Positions 52,401-64,000 of a DNA stretch of 64,000 bases are shown piece after piece. The notes beneath the pieces are model-generated. The model was not told where the DNA came from. It ran no database searches and saw nothing but the letters and a program-made list of their open reading frames with translations. How positions within the stretch are numbered: the stretch's first letter is position 1; every line of letters begins with the position of its first letter. The stretch is from the human T2T-CHM13v2.0 reference genome, Homo sapiens: the NCBI RefSeq assembly GCF_009914755.1, contig NC_060928.1. The stretch is one strand, 5' to 3'. A program made the translations under genes and the position numbers.

Positions 52401-53149
52401 TCATGGCATATTTTTAAAATTACAGCCTTTGGTTTGGCTGCAACACAGGGGGAAGGGTCGAAATCGCTTATGATGCATTTAAAGATTTAGATAGAAGCTA
52501 AATGATGAAAGGCTTCCTTCTTCCTTATCATAATGGAATAAAGTGGCATGTGCTGTGTGGCAGAAATACACCCTTCAAAGAGATATGAATAAAAAATGTA
52601 ACTTTAAAATTTTTATGTAATTGATTAAGTAATCTGCACAAGTAACTCTCCATCTCTGTGTGCTGGAAAAACTCAAAATTGCCAATTAACGTTGCAACCC
52701 CCCCTCACGCATATGTTCAGCCAAGGAATCCCTTTGGCTGGCTGCTCCTGTTTCCTCTTGTCCTGCTGAGGAGGCTTGTGGTAGATGAAAAACAATTATA
52801 AGCAGGTGGTTTTCCTGCCTACTCTGCACAGCCCAGTTCTCACTGGCTCTCTGTTTTTTCAGAGGCTGGGCTGCACCTCTCATTCAATCCCTTGACCATG
52901 TCACCTCCTTGATCATCTCAACTAAGTACTCACTTTGTCCATGTCATGGCAATCTCTCTGTAAGCTGTTATTGATTTATGTCTCTCTAGATAAAACTTTT
53001 ATGAATAATGACACTGGAAAAACATAGACACTTTTTCTTAACAGTTTATCTTTAAAACCAAATATTTAAACAAATCTATACAGAATAAAGAATTTTAATG
53101 ATTTTTTAAATTCCACATAACACTTTAACACTAGGAGTATGAATTTTCT

Positions 53150-53720
53150 AATATGCAAATCTGATTTTGATGTTTCTTTACAAATCTTCACTGACTTTTC
53201 TTGTTCACAGAGCACTGTCAATATTTTATTTCAATAGGGTAGAGAGGGAGGAAGATTTCCATCACTTAGCTTCTACCTAAATCTTTAAATTCATTGTAAG
53301 CAGTTTTTGACCCTTCCTACTGTGCTTCAGTCAAATTAAAGCCTATAATTTTCAGAATATGACATAATGCACGAACGTTGTTTTTGCATAGACAAAACAT
53401 ACGGTCTTGAATGCTCTTGCTTACTTTGTGAGTGTTGAATATCTACCTAAATGTAAAGCTCCTATTGAGGACTTCTGACCTATAAAGCTTTTGCTAAAAT
53501 TTCAGAAAGAGAAAGTTCAGAGTTTCTGTGCCACTAGATAAAATTTATGTGACTGTAGTGTAGCACTCATAACAACCATTGTAACTGAGGTGTCATCTGT
53601 TTGTCTACACTCCATGACTGAATTCCTAGAGGGCAGATATGACTATATTTTATTCATTTTTGTATATCTCAGTATTAACGCTAACATACCTTTGGCTTCA
53701 GGGAAAAATGATTAATGACT
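53150..53720 (+). mobile_element. L2 remnant
   Basis: gactgaattcctagagggcagatatgactatattttattcatttttgtatatctcag 3' motif plus upstream degenerate sequence. Confidence 0.55.
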
Positions 53721-54807
53721 CAATAAGTTAATTAATTAATTAAAAATTTTGACCTTTATTTTAGTAATTCATTTTGTAATATAATCTATTTTTCATCAGA
53801 AAGTAACCATATTAAATAAGAATTGGTAAGAAAATCTAAATATAGACTAGAAATTATTTTGAAGAGAATTTTATTTGATTGAATGTACTTAATTTGCAAC
53901 ATTTTTTATCTCTTTTCATGTGTGTAGGGGTTTTCCCCCTTAGCAGACACTTAAATATTACATAAATCATATTGTATTTGACTCATTTTTTTGGCAAATT
54001 GCTTCTTTTAAGCTTTTGTTTCTGAGTTAGAATTTAGTTTTATATATGAAAAGTGAGAGATTTTCATTGCCTGACTGACCTATAGGTTGACAGTGAATAA
54101 AAAATGAAAGACGGCAAGGCTTTATTTTTACCCTTTATCTTCTTTGCCTTTGCTTTTGTACGCTTTTGTGGATTAATCATCAAGGTCAATTGTGCAGTCA
54201 TTACTCCTCCTTGCAAAACTTCTAACTGAGGTCAATTAATGAATCAGCTGAGAAAGCAGTAGCTTTACTAATTCTTACAGCGTTTCATCAAAAGAAAAAT
54301 CTGCTTTAATTGTATTTCACTTGGCACCAGAATCCAAGCAAATGTACTAATGTCTGGCCAGTTTTTCAGTCAAATAACTATCGACATGATTTATTAAAAT
54401 AATTAAATCAGGAAAGAATATGAACAAAAATATAAACAAAATTGCTTTAGCATTAATTTCCATAATTGAGAGAAAGTATGCTTCCTAAATCTGGTTGAAG
54501 GCAAGAACTGCTCCTTAGGTCTATTATATTACAGTCCTTGGGCTAACTACTTTATATTCTTCCACTTTAAATTTCCCAACTCTCCCTTAAGGGGAAAACT
54601 GAAAATTGTAATGAGAGTTTAAGTAGAGTAGAAACAAAATCATATGATTAGTATACAAAACACATGTTAATGAATTCTTACATTATCAACTAGTAATTAT
54701 GTAATATATTGTGTATTCTAGGAATCTCATATTCAAATAATGCTAATTAAATGACAAGTTAAATGTGACCTCCTCTAATAAATCAGTTATTTAATGATTT
54801 ACATTAC

Positions 54808-55348
54808 CTAGAGGCAGAAATACCATTTAACCCAGCAATGCCATTACTAGGTATATACCTAAAGAAATGTAAGTTATTCTGTTACAAAGACACATGCATG
54901 CATATGTTCATTACAGCACTATTCACAATAGAAAAGACATGGAATCAACCCAAATGCCTATCAATGACAGACTGGATGAAGAATATGTGGTATATATACA
55001 CGATGGAGGATTACGCTCAATAGAAAGGAATGAGATCATGTCCTTTTCAGGGACATGGGTGCAGTTGGAAGCCATTATCCTCAGCAAACTAATGTAGGAA
55101 GAGAAAACCTAACCCTGCATGGTCTCATTTATAAGTGGGAGCTGAACAATGAGAACACATGCGAGGAGCAGCACACACTGGGCACCTGTGGGAGGTTAGG
55201 GGAAGGAAGAACATCAGGAAGAATAGCTAATGAATACTGGGCTTAATACCTGGATGATGGGATGATCTGTGTGGTTAAACACCATGGTACACATCTACCT
55301 ATCTAACAAACCAGCACATCTTGCACCTGTACCTGAACTTATAATAAA
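54808..55348 (+). mobile_element. 5'-truncated L1 (L1PA10-like) 3' end
   Basis: gaaataccatttaacccagcaatgccattact...ggaagaatagctaatgaatactgggcttaatacct...A-rich tail. Confidence 0.92.
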
Positions 55349-55969
55349 AGTTAAAAAAAATAAAAAAACAGAAGGACGACGGGCACTGCATATTGATTTA
55401 GTTTCATTTTAGGAATAAGACTAAAGCAACCTTTGAACCTCTGGTGACTGAACAATATGTAAATGATATAAACTGGAGAAGATCACAACTGATGAAGCAA
55501 TTTTGAAAGAGAAAGGGGAGAGATAAAAAGGAATGTAAAAACATGAACTCTTACTTTTTGTGTTAGATATTAATATATAACATTTAAATTCAAAACAATT
55601 TTAAAAATTGTAAATACACATATGTATTTAAATACAAGCATATATTTAAATATATTGATAATTTAATTTGTGGTAAATCATTAAAATTAGGAAACAATTA
55701 ACTATTGAAAATAATATAATTAGTAATTGGTTTATTTAAATTATTAACTTATATGCTTATATGCCTACAGGTATATAATGTTTAAGGCAAATATTACAAA
55801 TTAATGCAACAAAATATGGCTGAGAAATGAAGAGAAAGAAATTATAAGAAGTAATAGTTATAGTAAACATTAATGAGAGCATAGTCCAGTAGTATTTAAG
55901 GCCTACACATCAAGATAGTCTCAAAGGAACTTTCTCAAATGAATATACATGTTTATTGTTTTGTTTTAT

Positions 55970-56945
55970 TTGTTGTTTAATTTTAATTGATGAGTAAAAA
56001 TTATATATATTTGTGTTGAATGATATGATGTTTTGATATATGTATGCATTATAGAACAGTTAAATGAAGATATCTGGCATACGTGTTACCTCACTTCCTT
56101 ATCATTTTTTTGTATTAAGAAGATTTAAAATTTACTCTAGTAGTCATTTTCAAGTATATAATATACTGTCATTAACTGTAATCACCAATTATTGTAGAGA
56201 AATATTGATGTGCATATTAATGTATCTCTTATTTTCCTAACTAAAATTTTGTGTCCTTGAACAACTGTTCAATTCCTCCATCCCCCAGGCTCTAGAGACT
56301 ACCAATATACTCCCTGTTTCTATGTTCTCAAGATTTTCAGACTCCACATATAAGTAAGGTCATGTGGTATTTGTCTTTCTGTGCCCAGCTTACTTTACTC
56401 TTCAGGTTCATTCGTGTTGTTACAAATGAAAGAATTTCTTCTTTTTTAAGGTTAAGCAGTATTGAATTGTGTGAATATACCAGATATTCTTTATCCATTC
56501 ATTTGTTAATGGATATTTAGGTTGTTTCCTTATCTTGGCTATGGTGAATAATGCTGCAGTGAACATAAAAAGGCAGATTTCTCTTTGACATACAGATTTT
56601 ATTACCTTTGAATATACACCTAGTACTGGGAATGTTGGGTCATATGGATAATTCTATTTTTAATTATTTTAGGAATCTCAATATTACTTGCCATAATGAC
56701 TTTCCTACTTGCATATGGTGTAAAATAAAGTTATTTTTGCATACAGTATGAAATAAAGTTCAAATTTCATTCTTCAGCATATGGATATCCAGTTTGTCCA
56801 GCATCATTTATTGTTGATTTTGTGTCTTACAACTTTACTGAATTCATTTATTAGTTCTAACAGTTTTTTGGTGGACTCTTGGGTTTTCTATATATAAGAT
56901 CATATTGTCTGCAAACAGGAAAAATTTAACTTCTTCCTTTCTAAC
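55970..56945 (-). mobile_element. L1MA-type 3' remnant with internal deletions
   Basis: Antisense 3'UTR (ttttaattgatgagtaaaaattatatatatttg; ctccacatataagtaaggtcatgtggtatttgtctttctgtgcc). Confidence 0.85.
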
Positions 56946-57093
56946 ATACTTGTTTCAATAATTGGAATAAATGATAATAAATTTATACAGTTACAAGTCA
57001 TACATAAGTGAAAGAACAGTAAGACAATTCTAATGACAACAAAGTTATAGTGGGATGAAATATATTCAGGCACCCCAAAATAGAAAAAAAATG

Positions 57094-57177
57094 ATGTGAA
57101 CTAACTCTTTAATTTAATTTTAAAAAGGTAAAGACACATGTGAACTAATTCTTTAATTTAATTTTAAAAAGGTAAAG
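57094..57177. repeat. 40-bp tandem duplication (period 44)
   Basis: atgtgaactaa(c/t)tctttaatttaattttaaaaaggtaaag at 57094-57133 and 57138-57177, one mismatch. Confidence 0.95.
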
Positions 57178-60049
57178 TTAAATAGATAAACAATTCAATC
57201 AATTGAAATGAGAGCATCTACAAATACACAAAGAAGAAAAGAGAATGAAGATCATCATTGATAAAAGAATAAGAGACTAATTTCTTCAGTAAAATTCAGG
57301 TCATTTTGATAACCTAGACAATCAATTATTTTCTCTGAAACTGACTCCCTAAAATATGTAAAACCCTAAAGAAGCCAATTTCACATGTATTCAAATGTGT
57401 AAATTATTCCCCATGCCCCATTACAAAGCATCATGTCCATGGAAAGTCATAAACACAGAGCAAATTCTAATGCTATTAAAGAGAGTCCGGAATACAGAAA
57501 AGTGGGAAAAAATTCAAAATGCTTTCATGGGGTTGTTATACAAACCTGACCTGACTTAGATAATATGAAAAATAACGCTCTGGTCAAATTTCATGTGTAA
57601 CAATTGTTTAAAAATCTCAGTAAATAATTAACAATCTGAATGCAACAGTTCATTTAAAGGAATATCCACTTGGATTCATACCAGGAGCAAAACAACTATG
57701 AATTATAATAGGAGAAAATACGTAATTGTAGTTGTAGATATTGGAAATTTTATATTTTTTAAAGATAAAAAATAAGAGAGAAAATTACTATTATAAGCAG
57801 GAAAATAAGGAGATCAAATAACTTACTTGGGTGTAATATCAAAATGGGATATGAATGACATGCAAGAAATATACAAATTATATTTAAAATGCTGCTAACG
57901 GACATATTTTTATTTGAATCAATGTCAAGATTTCCTCTATTTCCAAATATACATTGCTATCAAAAAGATGTCAACTTTCCATAAATAATTTCTATCATAC
58001 TTAAACAAAATAATAGCGGGATTAGTTTATTCAGTGTTTGTTTTCTTTAAGAACTAGACATTGATTATACAGTTGCTATTAAAAAAAGTGTGGATTCCTG
58101 CTTCAAGATGCTGATTAGGTGAAGCCAGGAAGAATGTCTCCCACTGGGGGACCAGGACATCAGAAAGACTGGTGCACTTCTAGCAGAACTTCAGAAGGAA
58201 GGCATTGACAGTGAATGGAGGGAAGACACAGATGCTAGGCTGAACTGGCAGAAAGCTGGGGACCATGCACTGGGCTACAGGGCACCAGAACTTATTCTTG
58301 GCCCCTAACGACTCCTGTGGAAGGGGTGAGTTGAACTGGCAAGGAGCAATCCACTCACGCTGTGGGCCTCTGGTTTCCCAGTAGAAGGAGACCCCTTGAG
58401 CATCACGGACACTTGAGTTGCCAGGGAGATCCGCTTAAGGAAGTGGTGGGGCAGAACTTGAGCCAGTGTGGCACCCAGAGGGTTTGGTTCAGGAGTGTCT
58501 GTAGTGGAGCTGCAGAAGTGTCTGTAGTGGAGCATAGCCAGAGATGCCCATCCCCTTTGGCTTGACTTGCTCCTATAGCAGACTTTAGTCCTAGGGGAAT
58601 TGTTGGACATGAACTCTGCAGGGAGGTCTTGCGCATGAGATGGAGCCGGTCTGACTTGAGTACCCCTGGGTCTGCTGGCCTCTCCGGTGTCCCAAGCTTG
58701 GCCATTTTTGCTTTAAGTGGAACACCCAAGTGCCTCCCAGGGGCTTGCATCATAGCTGTTGTGCTGGCGGACTGCACCTGTCCAGCAGTGTGCTCCAACA
58801 GAACAATCCCCATGGACACACACCAGCCCTCCTGTGTACTCCTCCCACTGCAGCCTACCCTATGTGGCTTTTCCTGCATGTGCTCTCCCATGGCCTCACC
58901 TCACATCGCTCTGCCTAGTATGTACGTGCAGGCAGACATTGCCCTTTTTTCCTTTCCAGAATGTGTGTGTCCCTGGACCCTGCCATACCACTGCTGTTGG
59001 CATAGCTGCACACCAACCTCACCCCATCGCCTCAGCTACACTGCCATTGTCATCAGAGTATTACTGGCACAAAGCTGCCAGCCCCATCTCCCCAGCACCC
59101 CAAGTCTGTACTTACACTGCCACTTGTGCAAAACTATTCACAGAAAACAGCAGACCCACCTCCACCCTGAGCATTGCTGCTGTCCACATGTACACACACA
59201 GAGGGGGCACAAAATCCTGCACCCACCAGTGCTCCACCCCTAGCTAACATCACAACCAGTGCAAACATGCTACAGTTGCTAGCAGGGGGCCCCCACCTTC
59301 CCAATCCCTGTTGCCATTGCCATTGCTGTGAACATCTTCACAGAGGCCAGCACCCTGGCACCCAATAGCACACTGCCACAGCCAATGAGCATGCACCCCA
59401 CCACACTGCTACTGCTGCTGCTGCTGGCATATGAAAATGAGAATGGATCCTGCTGCTACTGCCCTAAAAAGGGCTTTGGCTGGCAACACTCATCAGAGAG
59501 TTGTGACTAGCAATCCAGGAGCACCTCAGTGCCTCCAGTGCAGTAGGTTCCTAAACTGGAAGAGCCAAAAATCAAAGCTGGGGCCTAATACCAGTCTCAG
59601 AGGTAGAGCATACAGTCCCAAAGCACTGAGCTGAGCCTTGGCCCCTAAAATCTTCCAGATACAAATCCAGTCAACTAAACCCTCCTTCTCCCACAATCAA
59701 AACCCCCAAGTTCATCAAATAAAGAAAAGAAAAAAAAAATCCGACGGGCACCAACCTCAAAAACTGAATGCACATCACCCCACAAAGATTAGAAAGAACG
59801 AGTGCAAGATCTCTGACAACTCAAAAAGCCAAAATGTTTTCTTTCCTCCAAACGACTGCACTTGTTCCCCAGCAAGCCTTCTTAACTGAAATGAAATGGC
59901 TGAAATGACAGAAATAGAATTCTGAATATGGATTGAAACAAAGATCATTGAGATTCAAGAGAATGTTTAAACCCAATCTTAGGAAGCTGAGAATCACAAT
60001 AAAATGATACAGGAGCTGCAGACAAAATAGTCAGTGTAGAAAAGAATGT

Positions 60050-61678
60050 GTCCATACTGCCCAAAGTAATTTATAGATTCAATGCTATTCCCATCAAGCT
60101 ATCCATTGACTTTTGTTACAGAACTAGAAAAAAACTACTTTAAATTTCATATGGAACAAAAGAAAAAAAAAAAGAGCCCATATAGCCAAAACAATCCTAA
60201 GCGAAAATAACAAAGCTGGAGGCATCACACTACTTGACTTCAAACCATGCTACAAAGGTACAGTAACCAAAACAGCATGGTACTGGTAACCAAAACAGAT
60301 GTATAGACCAATGGAACAGAACAGAGGCCTCAGAAATAACACCACACATCTACAACCATTTGACCTTTGACAAACCTGACGTTAACAAGCAATGGGGAAA
60401 AGATTCCCTATTTAATAAATGGTGCTGTGAAAACTGGCTAGCCATATGGAGAAAACTGAAAGTGGACCCATTCCTTACACCTTACACAAAAATTGACTCA
60501 AGCTGGATGGAAGACTTAAATGCAAAGCCTAAAACCATAAAAACCCTAGAAGAAAACCTAGGCAATACCATTCAGGACATAGGCATGGGCAAAGACTTCA
60601 TGACTAAAACACCAAAAGCAATTGCAACAAAAGCCAAAATTGACAAATGGGATGTAATTAAACTAAAGAGCTTCTGCACAGCAAAATAAACCATCATCAG
60701 AGTAAACGGGCAACGTACAGAATGGGAGAAAATTTTTGCAATTTATCCATCTGACAAAGGTCTAATACCCAGAATCTACAAGGGACTTAAACAAATGTAC
60801 AAGAAATAAACAAACAACTCCATCAAAAAGTGGACAAAAGATATGAACACACATTTATCAAAAGAAGACATTTGTGTGGCTAACAAATATATGAAAAAAA
60901 TCTCATCATCACTGGTCATTAGGGAAATGCAAATCAAAACCACAATGAGATACCATCTCATGCCAGTTAGAATGGTGATCATTAAAAAGTCTGGAAATAA
61001 CAGATGCTGGTGAGGATGGGGAGAAATAGGAACACTTTTATATTGTTGGTGGGAGTGTAAATTCGTTCAACCATTGTGGAAGACAGTGTGGCAATTCCTC
61101 TAGGATCTAGAACCAGAAATACCATTTGATCCAGCAACCCCATTACTAGGTATATACTCAAAAGAATATAAATCATTCTATTATAAAGATACATGCACAC
61201 ATATGTTTATTGCAGCACTATTTATAATAGCAAAGAATTGGAACCAACCCAAATGCCCATCAATGATAGACTGGATAAAGAAAATGTGGAACCTATACAC
61301 CTTGGAATATGCATACACCTTGGAATATGCATTCATAAAGAAGAATGAGTCAATGTCCTTTGCAGGAACATGGATGAAGCTAGAAATTATCATTCTCAGC
61401 AAGCTAATACAGGAACAGAAAACCAAACATCGCATGTTCTCACTCATAAGTGGGAGTTGAACAATGAGAACACATGGACACAGGGAGGGGAATATCACAC
61501 ACCTGGGCCTGTTGAGGGGTGGAGGGAAAGGGGAGGGAGAGCATTAGAACAAATACCTAATGCATACGGGAATTAAATCCTAGATGATGGGTTCATAGGT
61601 GCAGCAAACCACTGTGGCACATGTATACCTATGTAACAAACCTGCACATTCAGCACATGTATCCTAGAACTTAAAGTG
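60050..61678 (+). mobile_element. 5'-truncated younger L1 (L1PA7/8-like) nested in ORF1 of the older L1
   Basis: ORF2 C-terminal peptide [20 protein letters not shown] and L1PA 3'UTR; TSD gaaaagaatgt (60039-60049) / gaaaaaaatgt (61679-61689); host ORF1 resumes after it. Confidence 0.92.
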
Positions 61679-63050
61679 GAAAAAAATGTAACTGACCAGA
61701 TAGAGCTGAAAAACACAATACAAGAAATATATAATGCAATTGCAAGTGTTAACAGCTGAACAGACAAAGCTGAAGAAAGACTCAAGAGCCTCAAGGCTGG
61801 TTTTCTGAAATAAGACAGACAGAATAGAGAAAAACAACAATGGAAAGGAATGAACAAAGCCTCTAAGAAATATGGGATTATGTAAAGATAATGAATCTAT
61901 TACTTATTGGCATCCCTGGAAAAAATGGGCAGAATGGAAGAAATTTGGAAAACAGATTTCACAATGTCATCAGGAATAACTTCCCCAACCTAGCTACAGA
62001 GGACAACACTTAAATTCAGGAAACACAGAGAACTCCTCCAAAATAATTCACAAAAAGATCATCTCCAAGACACAAAATCTTCAGATTCTCTAAGGTCAAA
62101 ATGAAAGAAAACATGGTAAAGGCAGCTAGAGAGAAAGAACAGGTTACCTAAAAGTGAAGCTCATCAGAATAGTAGCTGACCTGAGCAGAAACCCTATGAG
62201 ACAGGAGAGATTGAGTGACTATATTCAACATTCTTAAATAAAGGAAATTCCAACCAAGAATTTCATATCCGACTAAACTAAGTTTCATAAGTGAAGGAGA
62301 AATAAGATCCTTTTCACACATGCAAATGCTGGGGGAATTTTTTCTTTTCAGACCTTCATTACAAGAATTCTTAAAAGAATCTCTAAATATAGAAAGGAAA
62401 ATTCATAACCAGCCACTACAAAAGCACACTAAACTACACAGATCAGTGACATGATAAAGAAGCCACACAAGCAAGTTGGCATAATAAGCAGCTAACAACA
62501 TAATGATAATATCAAATCCACACATATCAATGTAATCTTGATGCAAACGGGCTAAATGTGCAAGACCCAGTGGAATGTTGTCTTCAAGATACCCATCTCA
62601 TATGCAATATCACCCATAGGCTCAACATAAAGGGATGAAGAAAAATCTACCAAACAAATGGAAAACAGAAAATAACAAGGGTTGTGATCCTAATTTTAGA
62701 AAAAACAGAATGTAAACCAACAAAGATTAAAAAAGACAATGAAGGGCATTACATAATGGTAAAGGGTTCAATTTAACAGGAAGACCTAATTATCTTAAAT
62801 ACATATTCACCGAACAGGAGCACCCAGATTCATAAAGCAAATTCTTAGAGACCTTCAAAAAGATTTTGATTTCCACACTATAACACTGAGAAACTTCAAC
62901 ACCTCACTGACATTATTAGACAGATCATTAGGGCAGAAAATTTGTAAAGATATTCAAGATCTTAACTCAATACTAGACCACATGGACCTGATAGACCTCT
63001 ACAGAAATCTCCACTCAAAAACAACAAAATATACATTCTTCTCTTTGCCA

Positions 63051-63360
63051 CATGGCACATATGCTAAAATTGACCACATAATCAGACATAAAACAATCCT
63101 CAGCAAATATAAAGAACTGAAACCTACCAACCACTTTCTTGGACCACAGTGCAATAAAAATAACATTCAAGATTTAGAAAATCACTCAAAACTATGTAAT
63201 TACATGGTGCATATGCTAAAATTGATCACATAATCAGACATAAAACAATCCTCAGCAAATACAAAGAACTGAAATTACACCAACCACTTTCTTGGACCAC
63301 AGTGCAATAAAAATAAAATTCAAGATTTAGAAAATCACTCAAAACTATACAATTATATGG
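63051..63360. repeat. ~152-bp tandem duplication inside L1 ORF2
   Basis: catgg..catatgctaaaattga.cacataatcagacataaaacaatcctcagc starts at both 63051 and 63203. Confidence 0.95.
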
Positions 63361-64000
63361 TAATTAAACAACATCATTTGGGTAAATGACAAAACCAACC
63401 TAAGTAATTCCATTCTGGACATAGGAATTGACAAAGATTTCATGGTAAAGACAACAAAAGCAATTGGAACAAAAGCAAAAATGGACAAATAGAATCTAAT
63501 TAAACTAAAGAGCTTCTGCACAGCAAAAGAAATTTCAACAGCATAAACAGGCAACCTACAGAATGGAAGAAAATGTTTTTAAACTATGCATCTGAGAAAG
63601 GTCTAATATCTAGAATCTATAAGGAACTTAAATTTACAAAATAAAGACAAATCACCCCATTAAGAAGTGGGCAAAGGACATTTACAGACACTTTTCAAAG
63701 AAGACACACATATGACCCCAAAGCATGTGAAAAAAAGCTCAATATCACTGATTATTAGAGAAATGCAAGTCAAAACCACAATATGATGCAATCTCATACC
63801 AGTCAGAATGGCTATTACTAAAAAATCAAAAGATAACAGGTGCTGGCAAGGTTGTGGAGAAAGGAACACTTATACACTGTCAGTGGTAGTGTAAATTAGC
63901 TCAAGCATTGTGGAAAACAGTGTGGCAATTCCTTAAAGAGCTAAAACCAGAACTACCATTCAACCCAGCAATCCCATTACTGGGTATGCACCCAAAGAAA

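Larger units (their letters stand above)
58093..64000 (+). mobile_element. Old primate L1 (L1PA13-16-like) with ~1.6-kb GC-rich 5'UTR, decayed ORF1 and ORF2; runs past the window end
   Basis: cttcaagatg start; GC-rich UTR at 58100-59700; ORF1 ~59760-62480, interrupted; ORF2 endonuclease (MDLIDLYRNLHSKTTKYTFFSLPHGTYAKIDHI); jump to late ORF2 at ~63390. Confidence 0.9.

Noticed and set aside
58494-58533. 17-bp direct repeat agtgtctgtagtggagc in the L1 5'UTR
   Set aside because: Real but small; it may be ordinary slippage or part of the UTR consensus.
58305-59889. Cluster of overlapping ORFs up to 204 aa
   Set aside because: They lie in the GC-rich 5'UTR of an old L1, are open in several frames on both strands, and show no recognisable domain.

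Overview
AT-rich primate (human-like) genomic DNA made almost entirely of transposable-element remnants. I see no host protein-coding exon, RNA gene or CpG island, so this is likely a gene desert or a deep intron. The main feature is a two-LTR, internally deleted HERV-K(HML-3)/HERVK9 provirus with MER9-type LTRs (16440-21912, +). It keeps its PBS, splice donor, gag-pro frameshift signal, PPT and an open dUTPase-protease-G-patch frame, but has lost the RT, IN and Env cores. Other content: two near-complete MST (MaLR) elements, one part of a triple nest; THE1, MST, MLT1 and MLT2 solo LTRs; a decayed class I ERV pol remnant on the minus strand; an old L1PA-type element with 5'UTR that holds a nested younger L1; a twin-primed L1; several Alus; and DNA-transposon and L2/MIR fragments. 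The most unusual signal is a set of locally templated insertion or fold-back scars at 7714, 11582, 24855, 36400 and 47637. One of them preserves the ancestral end and TSD of a nearby LTR better than the LTR itself. I found no convincing new biological system. Repeat subfamily names come from recalled consensus sequences and need RepeatMasker/Dfam confirmation.
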